Under the pieces are notes generated by a model. It ran no database searches, had not been told where the DNA came from, and saw only the letters and a program-made list of their open reading frames with translations. A stretch of DNA of 64,000 bases from Amoebidium appalachense (taxonomy: Eukaryota; Protista; Ichthyosporea), in assembly GCA_963693365.1 (NCBI GenBank), contig CAVNZM010000003.1, positions 12,311,651 through 12,375,650 on the forward strand, read 5' to 3'. A program made the translations under genes and the position numbers. Of this stretch, positions 60,783-64,000 are shown piece by piece; the stretch's first letter is position 1, and every line of letters starts with the position of its first letter.

Positions 60783-61831
60783 TGGAATAGGGGAAGAAGG
60801 GGGCCTCGAGGGGGGCAGAATGGTGGATGATTGGGAAATTAGTGGAGACAGTCACAGTGCGCACCGTGTGGCACATGGAGATCTTGATGATCCCTCCCCC
60901 TCCCCTTCCCCCCCGGGCTGCAAGCGCGCGCACACACAACACCCGCAAACACAAAAGACGCCGTCACACTCGTTCTCACTCACACCCTCAACCTCGCGCC
61001 TCCATGTAGCACGCACACACATACACAGCCACCACCACATCGCACCCCGTTTTTTGTTTTTCAACGACTACTTGACGGTTGAAGGGGATTTATGTGCAAC
61101 TTCAGATGCATTTACTTAGATATCTGCTCACCAGAAGCATCCGGTTATAATTCATAAATAAATAAACCCTGCCTGCAATAACAAGATTGTAGATATGAGC
61201 CACTAAATTTCACTCTGAGATTTGACAATCTACTTATTGGGATAGCGCTGGCTGGGTCACTACCCTCATACATATCACAAAAGAGGTATATCACAAAAGG
61301 AATGGGATATCTATTTGTATATATACATGACAACTCCATTGTATCAAAAAGATACACGCGTAGGAGTGCTTATATTATTAAGTACGGTATATCCAAAATG
61401 TTATCTATGAAACAAAAATCAATCGAGCTTGTACAAATTCATCTATCATCGACGCCTGACGTAACTCAGTAACTATCTTCAGTATCATCAAAATCGAAAA
61501 TCATGGCATTTTCTAAACTGCACATACCTGAAAAGCCCCAACCCACAAGGGTGAAAGATACAAACGAAGCAAAACAACAGACTCTAGTATATTCTCCTAT
61601 GTATATCAATTTGAACAGCAGAAATCTACATCACATTCACGTATTCTGAAGAAAATACAACTATCTTTCTATTACTTCAAATACAACCACCTGAAACACT
61701 CCTCCCCGGTTTCAGGTCGAAACATTGCTTGAAAACCACACTCCGGAGCCCGAAATTCGACTAAAACCATTAAAAATTATATCAGGGGGAGCCTAAAACC
61801 CACCCGGATTGCCTAAATTTCCATCGCCATC

Positions 61832-63995
61832 TCACACAAGCTCCACCATCTCCTTCAACTCATTGCAAATATCCGCAATATCGGTGTCAGCCGCCGTATT
61901 CAGTGCCAACAACGCATCATCCAACTTAATCGCATCTCCGCAATCCATCGCCATGGGCGCCAATGCCGCCATTTCCAATTGGCTCATAGTCAAATAATCA
62001 CTCGCCAATGGCGAATCGTGATCCAGGTTTAGCATATCGGAGGGAGAGGAGAGGGGTTCGTGCTTGAAAAGACCCGCCCCAGTGGCCATACCGGAAGCGT
62101 AGGAGAGAGGGGGTGTGGGGGAGGGTTGAGTCATGAAGGGAAGAATGAGAGCTGTCGTTTGCGTGGATACTCAGGCTACACGTAGGAGGGGAGAGCGATG
62201 GGGACCCATCGACCGAAGGAGAGAATCCCATTCCCGAGCCATGTCATTCCCATACCCACCACATGCAATTTGTGGGCGGTGGTGAGATGAAGCGTATCCC
62301 ATGTGGTGATGGGCGGAGAACGGGTGGCATGGGGGTGGCGGGCCGTAATGGGGATTCCGTTGCATCATCTTGGGGGTTCCGTAGTGCGATTGGTACCCCC
62401 CATAGGGACCATAACGAGGGTCATCTTCCATGCCTCCGTAGCCGGGGCGCCCGTACATGCCTTCGCCGACTGCAAGGGAATGGAGATTGGGTTCGCTACC
62501 GTACGCAGACATTCCCATGCGGTGGGCGAGACCCATCATTGCCGAATCGTCCACGGCACGCATGGTACCAAACACGTGATGCTGGCCCATGCTCACTTCC
62601 TGTCTGCGCTGCATCAGGTAAGGGTCCAACTGGTGGCTCTGGGGTGACTGTTGGTACCCTACTGCGGTGTGTAGCGGAGAAAAGTTCTTGGCACCCCCCG
62701 CTGGCAATTTTCCGGCCTTGGCCAGTGCGCAAATTGCGATTCCGGGGTCTGTTTCCATAATTGTTGGCATATCCGCCACAGCCCCTGAAAGAGCCCCCCC
62801 TGTCGGGCAGCTTACGGCACGCTTCCGTGGCGGTTTCGAAGCCGGCCCACTAGATGGGGTTTCCTGAACATTGGAAATTGAGTCGTACCCCCTTTTGATA
62901 CCCCCCACCGCACTTGAAACCACGTGCGGGGAGACTCCGAAGGTGCTAGCATGTTGATATGTGGGTGGGCCCCCGTATTGGGCGAGTGGATGGCCGGGCG
63001 GGAGGTGATGAGCCATGGTGGCTGGGTAACCTGTGATAGGGGATGGGGGAATGCCGAAGGGGTCTCCGGGCCTACACTTGACGATGCGAATTGCGCGGGG
63101 GTCATTGTCGGGGCGGATGTTGTTGTGCTTGAGTCGAATGTGATTCTGTGCAGACACGGTCAGTCTCGGCAAAAAAATCACATCCTAATGGTAAGCAAAT
63201 GCAACTACTGTCGCTACTTCTTGTATCCTGGCACATGGAGCAGATGGATGCGTTCATAACGAGAATCTACATTGTCAGTCACCAGACAGTATTTCTGCCA
63301 AGCATAATACTGGCAAGGAGTATTAGTGGTTTCGGTGTTGTTGGAAGGTGTGTTTTGGGTGAGTTGATGTGTGAGAGCTGTGGTTCAACATGCATGTCAA
63401 CAATCTCCTAACCCGAGAAATGTTAACGAAATGAGTGTGTCCAAAAACATACCTGCAGGGAGCTTTCAGTAGCATAGACCCTCCCACACCCCTCATGTTT
63501 GCACTGGATGTTCCTGACCAGCTCCTTGAAGCTCCGTCGCTTCCGAGTCTTCTTCCTCTTCCCTTCGGACCCCTCACCACCCGATGTACATGTTCTCTCC
63601 GTGTCATCATTGTCACTTTCCACTTCGGACGAGTCATCATCGTCCGTGTCTCGATCGATCTTTCCTATCTGTATGTCGTTGTTGTGGACTTCGACATTTG
63701 AGCATTCATTTTTAATTTGTTTGGTCGCGTCTGTGTCTGGAGTTGTTGCAACTGGCATTTCGTCCTTCACCTTCGATTGAAGCTTTTTAGTTTGCTCCAT
63801 CGGCGTCGGTGTGTTTGTGGTTTTTCCTGCTTTTGCTCCTACGGACACGGAAGAACCTTGGGTCGGGGTTCCCCCTTGCGGTTTGGATGGCTTTTGAGCA
63901 TGTTTTCTAACAACAGCGGGGGCACACACCAGTTTATCTACATCCGGTATATGCTGGCTTAGAAGGCCGACATGGCCCCTCGTGGTGTCGTGCAT
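61832..63995 (-). CDS. Con7-like single C2H2 zinc-finger transcription factor. Intron 63452-63146; C-terminus disrupted near 62140-62245; 5' end may lie outside the window
   Basis: KRKKTRKRRSFKELVRNIQCKHEGCGRVYATESSLQ|NHIRLKH (C-x4-C-x12-H-x4-H), with G/P/M-rich and acidic low-complexity tails. Confidence 0.85.
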
Positions 63996-64000
63996 GTTCA

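Overview
Eukaryotic, intron-rich genomic DNA dense in poly-G/poly-C, (CA)n/(GT)n and (CT)n/(GA)n tracts. The gene content suggests an opisthokont, possibly a unicellular holozoan (inference only). I assembled six spliced host genes by hand from GT/AG sites and frame phase: a PEBP-family gene (-), a coiled-coil/BTB/WD40 gene (-), an omega-like GST (+), a 6-TM voltage-gated K+ channel with no T1 domain (+), a small CBM48 protein ending in a CaaX box (-), and a Con7-like single C2H2 transcription factor (-). About 22.7-33.8 kb is a nest of LTR retroelements: a TRIM-like copia derivative, two copia subfamilies (one internally inverted), a chromodomain Gypsy remnant and a solo LTR. Several MITEs and a small Helitron-like element lie elsewhere. 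The most unusual pattern is repeated tandem duplication of gene-structure boundaries (acceptors, donors, first exon, stop codon), including an in-frame 3x192-bp acceptor triplication inside the channel S6 helix. Many acceptors also use (CA)n or poly-A in place of a polypyrimidine tract. Several 1-nt frameshifts in homopolymers suggest uncorrected long-read errors, so homopolymer lengths and some lesions are uncertain. All calls were made by eye with no database searches.
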